From Eledone cirrhosa (lineage: Eukaryota): a stretch of DNA of 64,000 nt. Shown one piece after another: positions 48,801 through 61,343 of this stretch (its first letter is position 1; each line of letters opens with the position of its first letter). The notes beneath the pieces were generated by a model, which saw nothing but the letters and a program-made list of their open reading frames with translations, had not been told where the DNA came from and searched no databases. A program made the position numbers and the translations under genes. The stretch lies in assembly GCA_964016885.1 (NCBI GenBank), contig OZ024741.1, forward strand, positions 280,240,001 to 280,304,000, read 5' to 3'.

Positions 48801-50144
48801 GTGTCCTCTTACATAAAATTGTGATGGAAGGTTTTTTTAATTTTATTTAAAAGTTTTTTTGTGCAATAAAACAAGAGGGTGTGTTTGGTGGGCTGTTATC
48901 AAAAAGGTTAAACAAACTATTTAAAATACTCTAGTATTGTGTGTTTTAAATTCTTCTTGATTTAACATTCATTTTAGTGATTTTGTTAATGTCAGTATTC
49001 AAAAGCTGGGTGTAAGAGTTCCCAAGTCGCACTCCTCCCATACAGACACATATCCACACTTTCTCTTAAGAATTTTACATTTGGTATAATAAAGAAAGAA
49101 TATAATAAAACACTACTTAACTGTAATAAAGTACCCAGAGCCTATATATTGACATTAGGAAATTAATACTATTTATCTTGTTTCAACCATTTTGTTATTT
49201 GATTCAAAACAAAAACTATGTACACTATAAGTCTTTGTTATATCTGTTTTGTTTGCTTTTCTGTAATTCTATCATGATTGAATGTAAACAGATATTTTAA
49301 AAACTGACCGTAGTTGTATCCATTCATAACATATTTTTTCTTATAGTTCCATCACATGGCGACAAATTGGCAGTCATTAGAATGTTGGATAGAATGCTTT
49401 GTGGTATTCATTCCAGCTATCTTCTCTCAAATCCTGCCGTGGTTAACTTTGCCTTTTGATCCTTTCAAAGTCGATAAATAAGTACCAATCTAGTACTGGG
49501 GTCGATTTTTCCTCTATATCTCTTTCTCATTTCCTTTCTCACACTTTCTATCATTATCTGGAGAAAATCTGCTCTGTTCAGACCTGGAGAAGGAGATGGG
49601 CTCTACCAAGCTTAAAATGCCCAAGAAACGCTATGTCACTACGGCGCCCCACCACTCCATCAGGAATTACAGGTCCATACCATACCGTCACATGATTTTA
49701 TTTCCTTCTCATCACCCAATATTCTACCCATAGTATTTATTTAAAACCCATTCATTACCATATTTCTAATGAAATACTTTGTGTTTTAATGATTTGATGA
49801 AGAATTTTGGAAAGGTTTACTAAAATTGCAATATGTTGTTTGAATTGTAATATAACCAATATTCACTTTATTAATATTGTATATGCTTTCATATACATAT
49901 CTATGATGAAACACGCTGTGTTAGTGCCACTTTCCTTTATTAATAGAATCCAAGGAAAATTGATTTTGCTGAAAATCACTACAGAATTAGGAAAGCAAGT
50001 AACAATAATAATACCAGTAATACACAAGTATCACACACAATACCAGTAATACACAAGTTCACTCTCTCTATAACAAACACACACACACACACAACATAAC
50101 TTAAATTAAATTTTGTTTTTTCACTTGTAAGATATTCATCATAG

Positions 50145-50695
50145 GATCCTTTGAAGATAGAACAGCAGAGAAGGCTGGAAAAGATGGGAATCAGAATGGA
50201 TGAGTGGAATATCACTGAGAGGGGAAGTGAAAAATAATGAAATGCAGAGGATGATAGGAATAGAATGATTGATGAAAATTTGTGACGGGAAATGAAATGA
50301 TGTGGTTGAGTAATGATGAGAGTGACTGGATGAGGAGAATAGAACCAGTTATGTTGTGAAGAGATGATAGTGGCTGGGTGAGAGGAATAGAGCCAATGAT
50401 GACTGTTGTGTAGAGAAATGGATTGAGATGGTTGGGTCATGTGTTGAGGAAGGATGGAAGTGACTGGGTGAGAGGAATAGAGTCAATGATGACTTTTGTG
50501 TAGAGAAAGGAATTGACTGGACCATGTGTTGATGAAAGATGATGGTAACTGATAGAAATGAATGTGGAAGAAAATAGAGGAAGGGGAAAACTAAGAAAGA
50601 CATAGCTAAAGATGATTAGGAGGGGAAATGAAAGCCAGGGGTTTGGTGAGGGAGTATGCAGACAATAGGGCAAAATGGAGAAGCTTGTCATGTGA
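50145..50695 (+). mobile_element. Decayed RTE-like C-terminal region with internal ~79-bp tandem duplications
   Basis: QQRRLEK, LRWLGHVLR and GRGKLRKT remnants; repeated GACTGGGTGAGAGGAATAGAG.CAATGATGACT units. Confidence 0.55.
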
Positions 50696-51294
50696 CCTTG
50701 TGTATTTTTATTATATTTAATTTTTAATGTGTATGATTTTTTTATTTAGTTAATTATGGTTTGTTAGTTAATAATCTATCCATTTAGTAAGTAGTCAAAT
50801 GAGTCATTGAATATTTCATTTAATTTTGTCTGGCTTAAATTAGTGAGTAGCATTCCTAGTAAACACTATTGGAAAATTTATTTTCAGTCTATCCACTTAG
50901 AAGTGATTACCAACGAGACATGTTTAATGTTTCTAAACTACTTCATATAAATTATGATTAATACTTTGTCTTATCATGCTGATATTCAGTTAGACAAACC
51001 TGTGCATTCTCTCTATGTTTAGCAATGTTATGTTTTGTGAGGACACTATCACTCCATTTATCATCTATAGCTATCATATTTATTCACTGCACTTCTCCAT
51101 TTCGTGTTCACCACATGCCACAAATGAATCCCATCTTTAGCCAATTAAATAAGCAACCAAATATTCTCTTTCACATTTACCACTGCATGTTCTAGTTTAT
51201 TAGATATATACATTCTTTCCATTCTTTGTTTTATATATTTATTTATTTGTTGTTCCTATTACTACTGTACGCCAACTAAGAATCTTTTTGCCTA

Positions 51295-51870
51295 AGACAT
51301 GAGGTTATGAAGGCTGACCTTAAGAAACTAAACCTCACAACAGAAATGTCTAAAAATCGTGAGGGCTGGCGCCATGTGGTGTTAAAGAAGACCTGACCTG
51401 CAATATACAATTTGGCCTGACCCCCACCACCACCACTACAACCCTCACTGCACACACCCCATACCCCTCCCCACACATGCTCCTAGCTGCTGTCTCCTTG
51501 TGAAGTGGTTGGTGATGTGAAGGGCATCTAGCAGTGGAGGGCCTGCCAAACAAAGGGTTGGGAGGACCCTTTAGTTGTGGCAAGGCATGACAGCTTCCCT
51601 AGTGTTGGTGATCCACACAATAAACATACCCAGTATATGCTGTAAAATGGTTGGTGATAAGCTGTCGAAAGCTTGCCAAACAAAGGGTTTGGAGGATACT
51701 CAGTTGTATCAAAGACATAACCTCCTCTCTACACAACTGTACATAAATGAGACACAGATCTCTGACTTGTCTAGGATTAGTAGCCACTGCTTCAGTACTG
51801 ACTTGGTCTATGTAGACCCATCCAACTCTCGCTAGCAAGGAGAGCGGACGTTAAAACAATGTCAATGACA
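51295..51870 (+). mobile_element. RTE family E 3' end (ORF tail plus 3'UTR)
   Basis: EVMKADLKKLNLTTEMSKNREGWRHVVLKKT*, then a UTR ending GCTAGCAAGGAGAGCGGACGTTAAAACAATG. Confidence 0.75.
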
Positions 51871-52202
51871 TCGATAGTTACTAAAATCTTTTACCCAGCA
51901 TATGTTTATTAGGTCATCTTCATGAGAAGAAAGAAGAAAAATATATTTTTCATTGATTTTAGACAGGTAATATTGAGTAGGATTTAATTAAATGCCAACT
52001 GCACTATGTTCTCTGTCGGTGGAATAAAGTTAGGTTGTGAATTGATTGTCATTAGAATACCAAATAGTATGCTTTGCAGTATTTGTTCTGGCTCTCTGTG
52101 CTCAAATCCTGCCAAGGTTAACTTTGCCTTTCAACTTTTTGATGTTGATAAAATACCAGTCTAGTACTGGACTTAATTCTACCTATATATATATATATAT
52201 AT

Positions 52203-55200
52203 ATCATCATCATCATCATCATCAGCGTTTAACGTCCGTGTTCCACGCTTGCATGGGTTTGGACGGGGGTAGTCCCACTTGAGGCAAGAGTGATTGTCTT
52301 GCTCGCATAGGACTGTCTGGCAGGTTTTCTACAGTTGGATGCCCTTCCTAACACCAACCACATTTACAGTGTGGGTCTGGGAGGTTTTTACCGTGTTGCC
52401 TACACGGCCACATTACAGCGTGGACTGTGTGTTTTTTTGTCGTGACACCTACACGATCTCATTTGTTTCGGCCTCGATGGCGCGGCACCAACATAACTTT
52501 ACATAGAACGGGGTGGTGTGGATCGGGTGGGGGTGGTGGGACGGGGTGTATTTGTTAGAGATGCCTACTGGCTGGAGTAGGTTTTACTATATATTTAGGT
52601 AAGGCGGGTCTTCTCTGTTACTGAGTACCGCCAAAGGTCTCGGTCCAGTGACATTGTCTTGGAGAGGTGTAAGTGTGTGATGTCGGAGTTTATCAGCTCG
52701 TCCCAGGTTTTTCTAGGTCTGCCTATTCCGTGACTACCGTCTATCTTTATTGCCCTGCACTTTGTTATACAGCTATCGACTTTCATGCGCATCACGTGTC
52801 CATACCAACGTAGCCTTCTCTCGAGTAAACAACATCTGATCCCTCTTATCTCTAATTTATTCCTTAGTTCGTTTATGCTTTGCCGTTCACGTATATTACT
52901 GTTACACATCCAGCGGAGCATGCAAGCTTCGTTCCTCTCTAGTCTGCGTATATCCTCTGCACACAATGCCCAGGTCTCACTGCCATGCAGCATTGCTGTT
53001 CGTATGCAGGCATCGTACAACCTGCCTTTCATTTTTAGTGAGAACCCTTTAGCAGCTAATAGTGGTATAAGCTCTCTGAACTTTTTCCAACCAGTTCTGA
53101 CTCTAGCTACAGTACTTTCAGAGCACCCTCCCCCACTGCTGATTTTATCGCCCAGGTAACGGAAGCTGTCCACTATTTCTATAGAACCCTCTGCGCAATT
53201 GAAAGAGCTAGTAGTTTGTGGGCACTTGCTGCTACTTATTGCACCAGAGCACCGGCCACATGTAAAATCTATGTTCTTAGTTAGCCTACCTGTGATCCCA
53301 CTACATCTTTTATGCACCCATACTTTGCATTTAGGACATAAAATGGAGTTTCTACCTACGCCTTTCCTACACACCGAGCACGACCATTTCCCAGAAGGGA
53401 CCGCCGCCTTGTTTTCTTTCCTACAAACTAGTACTTTGGTCTTAGCCAGGTTAATTTTAAGTCCTTTTGACTCTAGGCCGTGCTTCCATGTTTGGAATTT
53501 CTTCTCTAGCTCGGCCATTGATTCCGCTATGAGTGTCAGGTCGTCTGCGTATAGGAGTTCCCATGGGCAGCCTGTCTTGAACTCCTCTGTTATGGCCTGA
53601 AGGGCAATAATAAATAGTAGTGGACTGAGAACAGAGCCCTGATGGACGCCGACTTTTACGCTAAACTCTTCACTATATTCGTTGTTAATTCTAACCTTGC
53701 TGACTGTTTCTTTATACATGGCTTGTATAGCCCTCACAAGCCATTCGTCAACGCCTAGTTTTCTAAGAGCCCACCAGATAATGGAGCGGGGGACTCTGTC
53801 GAAGGCTTTCTCCAAGTCGACAAAAGCTAAGTAGAGGGGTTTACCTTTAGCTAGGTACTTCTCTTGTAGTTGTCGTACTATGAAAAGAGCGTCTGTGGTA
53901 CTTTTGCCTGACACAAACCCGAACTGCATTTCATCTAGGTCAATTCTCTCTCTGATTAGTTGCGCTATTACTCTTTCCGTGACCTTCATGACCTGGTCGA
54001 TTAATTTAATGCCTCTATAGTTACTCCTATCTAGGGCGTCTCCTTTACCCTTATAACAGTTAACGATGATGCTGCTATGCCAGTCCTTCGGAACAACCCC
54101 GTTTTGTACGACTTGGTTAACTATGCGGGTGACCATGGTGTGTCCCACCGTGCCAGATGCCTTCAGCATCTCAGCAACTATTTCCGAAGGCCCAGCCGCC
54201 TTACCAGTCTTCATATCCTTGATTGCCTTACTTATTATACTCCCCTCGACTAACACTGCTGGTCCCTCTATTGGGTCGATATGGGGGAGACTGCCTTTCT
54301 CCCAATTATTCTCCTCATTTAGAAGCCTTTCATAGTGACACTTCCAAGCTACCTTCTTATCAGCGTCGGTGATGGCAAGTGTGCCATCGTCGTTTAGTAC
54401 ACACTTCTCCCCGACAATATCACGGTTTTCCTTGACGCATTGCCTAGCAATCCTGAACACCTCACGTTTTTGGTCATCGCGTTGTAGAACATGCTTGAAC
54501 TTTCTTTCCTCAGCTTCCCTTCTTGCTAAGTACACTTGTCTCCTAGCTTCCCTCCTGGCCACTTGATAGTCCTCTCTACTTCCCCCATCCCGCCATACTT
54601 TCCAAGCCTGCTTTTTGGCCTTAATTGACCCCTCCACCTTACTGTTCCACCACCATGTTACTCTCCTCCTGCCTACAGGCCTGCTCCAGCCACAGACCTC
54701 GTCTGTCGCCAACAGCAGGTTTGCTTTCAGAAATTCCCACTCTCCCTCTATATTGTCCGACTCTAAATGTTCTTCCTTACTGTCGAAAGCATCAAGTAAT
54801 ATGCTTTGAAATTTATTCCTGGCTGTGGGGTCCTTTAACTTCCATATTTTCCTCCTGAGGATAGTCCTCTTCTGTTGTCGAGTACGTCTCGTCCTGACTA
54901 TGAGGTCGCTAATTATCAGTCTATGTTGGGAGGTGCATTCTTCATGGGGGAGGGATTTAGTGTTAACAACAGACACTCTGTCACGTCTTCTGGTAAGGAT
55001 ATAATCTACCTGGCTTGTGTGTTCCCCGGATCTATAGGTGATCAGGTGATTGTCACGTTTTTTGAAGTTAGTGTTACAGATAGTTAGGTTATTTGCATCA
55101 CAGAATTCCAGGATTCTGGAGCCTTCCTCATTTCTAGTACCAAACCCATAGCCTCCATGGATTTCGTCGTAGCCGTCACAATGTTGTCCAACGTGACCAT

Positions 55201-55740
55201 TTAGGTCGCCTGCGATAATTATATAGTCACTGTCGGATATTTGGGAGGTAGTTAGCATCAGTGTCTCATAGAATCTGTCTTTTATAGTGCCGGGCAGTCC
55301 GGATTGGGGTGCGTACGCAGATATTACTGTCACCGTAGTTCTATTGAGGACAAGTCGTATTTTAATTATTCTGTCGTTCACTCTATTTACGTCTATTATC
55401 TTATCTGCCCACTTTTCTGCTACCATGATTCCTACTCCACCCAGCCCGTCGTCGTTTCCCACCCAGAAAAGCTTATAACAACGTTTTTTACCCTCAATGA
55501 ACCTAGCAGACCCACCCCTCCACCTGGTCTCTTGAATACAACAAACATCGACCTCCTTACGTTCAAGCATTTCTACAACCTCGTTAGCGCGACCCTTTAG
55601 GGTGCCTACATTTATGGTACCAACTCTGAAGTTTTGGATTGCGTTTGGGGGTTGGGGGCGGTGAGGGGCGGGGGGCGATGGGGTTATGTTAGCCGTCCGC
55701 GGTCGAAACAATGAGGAGTGCTCGCATTCTCGTCCAAGGA
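52203..55740 (-). mobile_element. RTE-clade LINE copy B (intact ORF, ~75 nt longer at the 5' end than copy A)
   Basis: Reverse complement of 33049-36508 with no indels outside the tail (paired positions sum to 88714); (GAT)7 tail then (AT)n; adjacent to a SINE at ~52033-52180. Confidence 0.96.
52595..55711 (-). CDS. RTE endonuclease-reverse transcriptase (APE + RT + PHD-like finger); called start is TTG
   Basis: Protein identical to copy A over the shared region except TKNTDF versus TKNIDF. Confidence 0.95.
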   Translation of the reverse strand: MFRPRTANITPSPPAPHRPQPPNAIQNFRVGTINVGTLKGRANEVVEMLERKEVDVCCIQETRWRGGSARFIEGKKRCYKLFWVGNDDGLGGVGIMVAEKWADKIIDVNRVNDRIIKIRLVLNRTTVTVISAYAPQSGLPGTIKDRFYETLMLTTSQISDSDYIIIAGDLNGHVGQHCDGYDEIHGGYGFGTRNEEGSRILEFCDANNLTICNTNFKKRDNHLITYRSGEHTSQVDYILTRRRDRVSVVNTKSLPHEECTSQHRLIISDLIVRTRRTRQQKRTILRRKIWKLKDPTARNKFQSILLDAFDSKEEHLESDNIEGEWEFLKANLLLATDEVCGWSRPVGRRRVTWWWNSKVEGSIKAKKQAWKVWRDGGSREDYQVARREARRQVYLARREAEERKFKHVLQRDDQKREVFRIARQCVKENRDIVGEKCVLNDDGTLAITDADKKVAWKCHYERLLNEENNWEKGSLPHIDPIEGPAVLVEGSIISKAIKDMKTGKAAGPSEIVAEMLKASGTVGHTMVTRIVNQVVQNGVVPKDWHSSIIVNCYKGKGDALDRSNYRGIKLIDQVMKVTERVIAQLIRERIDLDEMQFGFVSGKSTTDALFIVRQLQEKYLAKGKPLYLAFVDLEKAFDRVPRSIIWWALRKLGVDEWLVRAIQAMYKETVSKVRINNEYSEEFSVKVGVHQGSVLSPLLFIIALQAITEEFKTGCPWELLYADDLTLIAESMAELEKKFQTWKHGLESKGLKINLAKTKVLVCRKENKAAVPSGKWSCSVCRKGVGRNSILCPKCKVWVHKRCSGITGRLTKNIDFTCGRCSGAISSSKCPQTTSSFNCAEGSIEIVDSFRYLGDKISSGGGCSESTVARVRTGWKKFRELIPLLAAKGFSLKMKGRLYDACIRTAMLHGSETWALCAEDIRRLERNEACMLRWMCNSNIRERQSINELRNKLEIRGIRCCLLERRLRWYGHVMRMKVDSCITKCRAIKIDGSHGIGRPRKTWDELINSDITHLHLSKTMSLDRDLWRYSVTEKTRLT

Positions 55741-56845
55741 TATGTGTGTGTATGTGTGTCCCCGTGTGTCTGTGTATTTATATATATATGGAGGAATTCA
55801 GCTGTGATCACTATAACGCCCCTTACAACTCAAGTTAAAGACCATTGCATGGTAATATAAAGTTATATTGCACATCTGTGTCTTTATTTTTTTATAGACT
55901 ACAGAGAAGGCTACTTTCTTCATATTCTGTTCATTAACATCTTTCAATTTCCTATCTTTACCTAATAACCCAAATTCTTGACCATATTTTCACATTTCTG
56001 ATACTTATTTATTCTAAACAGTGAATTGGCAGAGTTAGAATCTTGAATCAAGATACTTTATTGCAGTATTCATTCCAGCTCTCTGCACGCTGAGTTAAAA
56101 ACTCACAGAGGTCAACTTTGTCTTTCCTTCTTTGAAATACCAGTCTAGTATTTGGATCAATCTTTCCTATATAATCTCTTTCTATCACTCTACTCATTCT
56201 ACTCTCTCTCCTTTTCTAGAAGAAATTGGTGTGTTCAGACCTGACAGAGGGGATGGGCTCCGTCAGGTTTAAAAAATGCTGAAGATGCTGTATGTCACTA
56301 TGGCGCCTTTGTGACTCTATCGGGAGTTATGGGTTCATACACACATACATACATGATTATTTAATCTATTCATTCTACACTGGAACTATATATGTAGGAG
56401 AGGGGAATTCATTGATTGCATGAAAAGTCAAAAGATGGGAGTAGAACCTCTACAAAGCCTTAGCTGGACTTTGGATTCCTCCTCAACATGTATAATTAGC
56501 TCATTTCTGCTTCTAACAGTTACATGATTTGCTTAACAGTACTACACCTAACTTCTTCATTATCCAACAAACTACAACAGACTAACTTCTAGGTCAACAG
56601 AACTGATGCTTAATTGCTTGTTTTCGCCAACTATTTCCTCTTCCACTCCCTCCTCTCTAACCTCATGCACAGTAGGAATATGACATTAGCCAACATTTGT
56701 CCTTGGCGTACTTCCAAACTCCATGGTGTCTGTCTTGAATCATTATGGCAACTAACTTAAATATTATCCACCTTTATCACCTTGTCTTTTTCTTCTCTTT
56801 CTAACTTTTCTCCCCTTGTGCATATTACTATGAAAGAAGGATGAT

Positions 56846-56980
<135 letters not shown>

Positions 56981-58010
56981 ATGTTACATATTTTTATAAA
57001 AGTTGATATAAAGCAAAGTGTTCATGCAGCTTGATATCAGCCAGTCCTTTTTTTTTTCTTCTTCACTGTTCAATCCTCCCTTCCTTCTTTGAACTGCAAC
57101 TCCATCAACTTCAGGCTAAGAGAGAGAGAGAGCATTCCTGATGCCTCCCTTCCTCAGCATAAATAACAACAACAACAACAATCATGTTGCTAAGTAATTT
57201 CAGTAGTTTGAGAGGTTAACATTTAACATTGTAAATTATTCACTGTATTCTCTTCTTTACCAAAACTACTATAATCTCCTCACAGTTCTCCACAGTTAGA
57301 AATTCATGATTCACTTATAATTTATATTTTTCAATAGTATATAAATTGTTTTTCATGCTATATGTCCAGTCCATACAGTAGGGCTGTTTTTTGGTTGTAT
57401 TTTGTAAACATTTGCTTTGTCTATGTTTCTCATGCACAGTTACTTCTCCATTCATAGAGTTATTGATAGAATGACTTGCAGCGTTGTTTTTCTAGCTCCC
57501 TCTCTGCTCTGTGTTCGAAAGATTCTGAGATCAATAATGCATGCATGCAGGGCCCTATAACTCCTAAGGGCTACTGTATTGACATAGTGTTTCTAGGGCA
57601 TTTTAAAACCTGACAGAGCTCATCCCTCTCCAGGTCTTCCCAGAGAAGAATAGTGTGAGAGAATGTAAGTAGGAAAGAGAAGCAGATGAAGAATCGTCCC
57701 TTCCCGTACTGGACTGGTACTTTTTTTTTTTTTTTTAACGACCTCAAATGGATGAAAGGCAAAGTTGACCTTGGTGGGATTTGAACTCTGAGAGCTGAAA
57801 TGAATACCTTAAAGCATTCTATCCAATGTTCTATTGACTCTGCCAATTCACCGCTTTAGGGTCTATAAAGTACCAGTCAAATACTGATCTGTAAGTAATA
57901 ACAGTAAAATTACTCTTTATAAATAAATAAATGGGCTCATTGGAGAAATGTAGTCTTAGGTAAATGAAAATGCAGGATGTTCATCTTTGGAATGGAACAC
58001 CTTAATTATT

Positions 58011-58104
58011 GTTTCTACGTTAGGCACAAGGCCAGCAATTACCCAGTGCATTACTGGTACTTTATTTTATCGACCCCGTAAGGATGAAAGGCAAAGTTAA
58101 CCTC
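58011..58104 (-). mobile_element. 5'-truncated Meta-like SINE with 18-bp TSD
   Basis: TGGAACACCTTAATTATT at 57993-58010 and 58106-58123. Confidence 0.9.
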
Positions 58105-58659
58105 TTGGAACACCTTAATTATTAGTCTGTTGTCAGGGCTTACTTACAGCTAAAAAAAACACTGAAAAGCAAGAAAAACAATTTGGAAATGTGGAGGTGG
58201 TTAATGTCCTACACTTCATAAAAATTCCTAACACTGATGTAATATAGCATGTGTTGTGTATGTGTCAATCAACTGTCTATTCTGTATAAATAGCAGCCTT
58301 AGTTTGGTGATCTTTAGTGTCAACTATAAGGTCTCTTATTGAAGAAGAAAAAAAAATAGTTTTATTTCCACGAGTTATTCATAAAACTTTATGTATTTCA
58401 GTCTGTTTGTCTGCCTTTTACTGTATTTTGTTTTGTACTATGTTCTATACATTATACAAAGATTGATGTTGGCACAATCCTGTTTAGACTATTGCTAAAA
58501 CATGTGCATAAAAAAAAAACCCTCCACCACCAAAACCAGATAGCAAACTGCTTTGTTGATATATCTCTTTATCGTGCCCGTAATCCAGTGGTTCAGTGTG
58601 TTTGCAGCTACAAACCATTTGTCCTGAAACTATTCAGAATTTTGTGAATGCATGTCATC

Positions 58660-58662
<3 letters not shown>

Positions 58663-58744
<82 letters not shown>
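58663..58744. repeat. (CT)n microsatellite
   Basis: About 40 units. Confidence 0.97.
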
Positions 58745-58749
<5 letters not shown>

Positions 58750-59272
58750 AATTTATGAAGATCAAAGTAGCTTCCTTCAATTGACATAGATTAGTGTATT
58801 TAATGAGCTCTTTTGATACCACAAGGCCAGAAACTGCCCCAGGTTCAATGAGACAAAACTGTTTATTTTACAATGTTTATGTTTATCTAAAAAACCTAAA
58901 ATCCTATCATAATTTTATGTAATAACCTTTTTAAGTTATGTTCAAAACACCAGCTTAATAATGAGAAAGTTAGTTATAATACTAAATTCCTCCAAATTCT
59001 TTATTTTCAAAACTATAGGCAATGTCTTTCATAAGAAATATATGCAGTGTATATCAAAAAGGATATATTTTTTAAACAAATGACCATACAATCATGCAGT
59101 AACTTGTACAATACATGTCTGAATATAAAGTTTTATTCTTTTTTTATAACTTTTATAAATTTGTATAAAATTATTTACATATCAAGCATTTAAATTGATT
59201 TTAGTCTGTCATGACAAAGATATGCTGATAAAATAAACAGAAATGTGGGACTACAAAGTAGACACTATAATG

Positions 59273-59334
59273 CAGTGGTTCCCAACCTTTTATAATAAAT
59301 TCCACCTTAATGATATAGCAAAACAGTATGGACC

Positions 59335-59365
<31 letters not shown>

Positions 59366-59760
59366 AAAAATTTTATGTAATTTTTTTATGTAGAAATAAT
59401 TTCAGCATGTCTTTTTATTTCAGTCAAAGTAATTTTGTGAATGAGAAATTTACTAAAATAAATCATATATATCCTGTTATAAAGATAAATTTCTTTACTA
59501 AGTTTATTTACTAAAACATAAATTGTTATATCCAGATTTAAATAATTATCAAGTGAAGTAAAATCATAATTAGAAAAGGTAGAAAGTTGATAAAAAGTTG
59601 AATATAAAAATTTGAAGCAAGAAAAAGAAAAAATTATGTTACGAAACTACTCTTCTTTTTTATATATGAAATTTTGTAATTTTTAGTTAATTCTCGTGGC
59701 TCCCCCAATAACTTGCTATGGCCTACTGGTGTGCCATGGCCCCCTGGTTGGGAACCAATG
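59273..59760. mobile_element. Non-autonomous hAT (Charlie-like) element
   Basis: 15-bp TIRs CAGTGGTTCCCAACC / GGTTGGGAACCAATG (1 mismatch) and 8-bp TSD CTATAATG (59265-59272, 59761-59768). Confidence 0.92.
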
Positions 59761-59817
59761 CTATAATGCATCATCCAAATCTACACAGTACTAGTATACA
59801 CCATGTAAGGACACTAG

Positions 59818-60057
59818 TTAACTCTTTTGTTACCAACTGGCCAAAACAGAACTTGATTGTATGAAACAAAACTACCCATTTGAAAAGATTCTTATTTTAA
59901 ATATAATCTTCCAACTTAATTTTATATAAGATCCATAAGTTAAGTTACTATTTCAGTGATGAAATAATTAATAATTTTAATATTTCCTTTAATAATTCTT
60001 CATGAATTAATTGAAATAAAGTGTATTTCATTAGAAATATGGTAACAAAAGTGTTAA
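59818..60057. mobile_element. Family-X TTAA MITE
   Basis: TTAA|CTCTTTTGTTACCAA...ATTAGAAATATGGTAACAAAAGTG|TTAA. Confidence 0.7.
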
Positions 60058-61343
60058 TGTGCTCAGTGTTGAAAAGAATCCAACCTTGTTCCTTAATTGT
60101 TAAGATCACCTCTAGCTAAAAATAACTGGTAGAAATGACTTGTCATTCACAGTTGAGTGGTCAATTGTGACCAGCTTCAGGAAAGTCCACCTGCACCAGC
60201 AATTCATGCAGAAATGCAGAATCATTCATTATATGTTAGAGTTGAAAAACCACTATATAATCAAGTGGCATGGTGGTGTCTTATCTTATTGTTTTATTAC
60301 TGTTTATAAGATAAATAATTGATAGAAAACAAGACTGGATAAATAGTTCAACAGGAAATATTCATATAACAAAGAAATAGCGAAACAACAGATTGAATCT
60401 ATATAGTAACTCTTTTCATACCTTCTGAATGAAATTATAGTTTTTGAAAATTCTTTCTCACTTTTTTCTTTTAAATCAGCTAATTTTAAATAGGAAGTCA
60501 GTTTTGTCTTTCATCCATTCACGGTCAATAAAAAAAAGTTTAGTACTGGGGTTAATTCTTCCTCTATATCTCTTTCTCACTTTCAATCTCTCACTCTCTA
60601 TTCTTTGGAAGAAATCTGCTGTATTCAGACCAGGAAAGGAGATGGGCTCTGCTAGGTTTAAAATTGCCCTAGAAATGTTGTATATCAATGTGGCACCCCT
60701 ATTTTTCCCTCGGGAGTTACAGAACTAGAAACTAGAAATCCTCCCCAAACTCTTCATTAACTAATTAAAATACAAAATACTTAATTAAAAATACAGTAAT
60801 GGAAAGGTGAGACTAATTACTTTGTTGCAAGTTTAGTCACTTTATCTGTAGTTTTTCTTGTGTTCTTCATCATCTACTACTGACAGCACAGTTACATGAT
60901 TTCTTTACACAAGCATACAGACATGTGCACATTCATTTTTCATGCTAGCATGTGCAGAAAACGCCTTGTTCATATGTTCCATATTTTTGCATGGCTTCTA
61001 CAGCTCAATGCTCTTCCTTATGTTAACTATCTGGTAGGGTGTAATCGGTGCATATATTGTGACACCAGCACTCATTTGTATTTATTCAATATCAAAATAG
61101 TCTTTTTAACTATTACAAGTTAAGAGTGACTCCAACTCATCAAACTTCATGATTGCACACTATTAACTGCCCATTGAAATAACTTGTGCTCTCTCTACAT
61201 AACATAGACTTAGTCTGGGTGACACACATATACTTACAATTACTGACATAGACATAAATAAAAATGGCGATGTTGTTTCAAAGTTTTATTTCTTTTAATG
61301 AGTTACAAGAAATTACAATGAATCCAAACTCATTTTATTAGAA

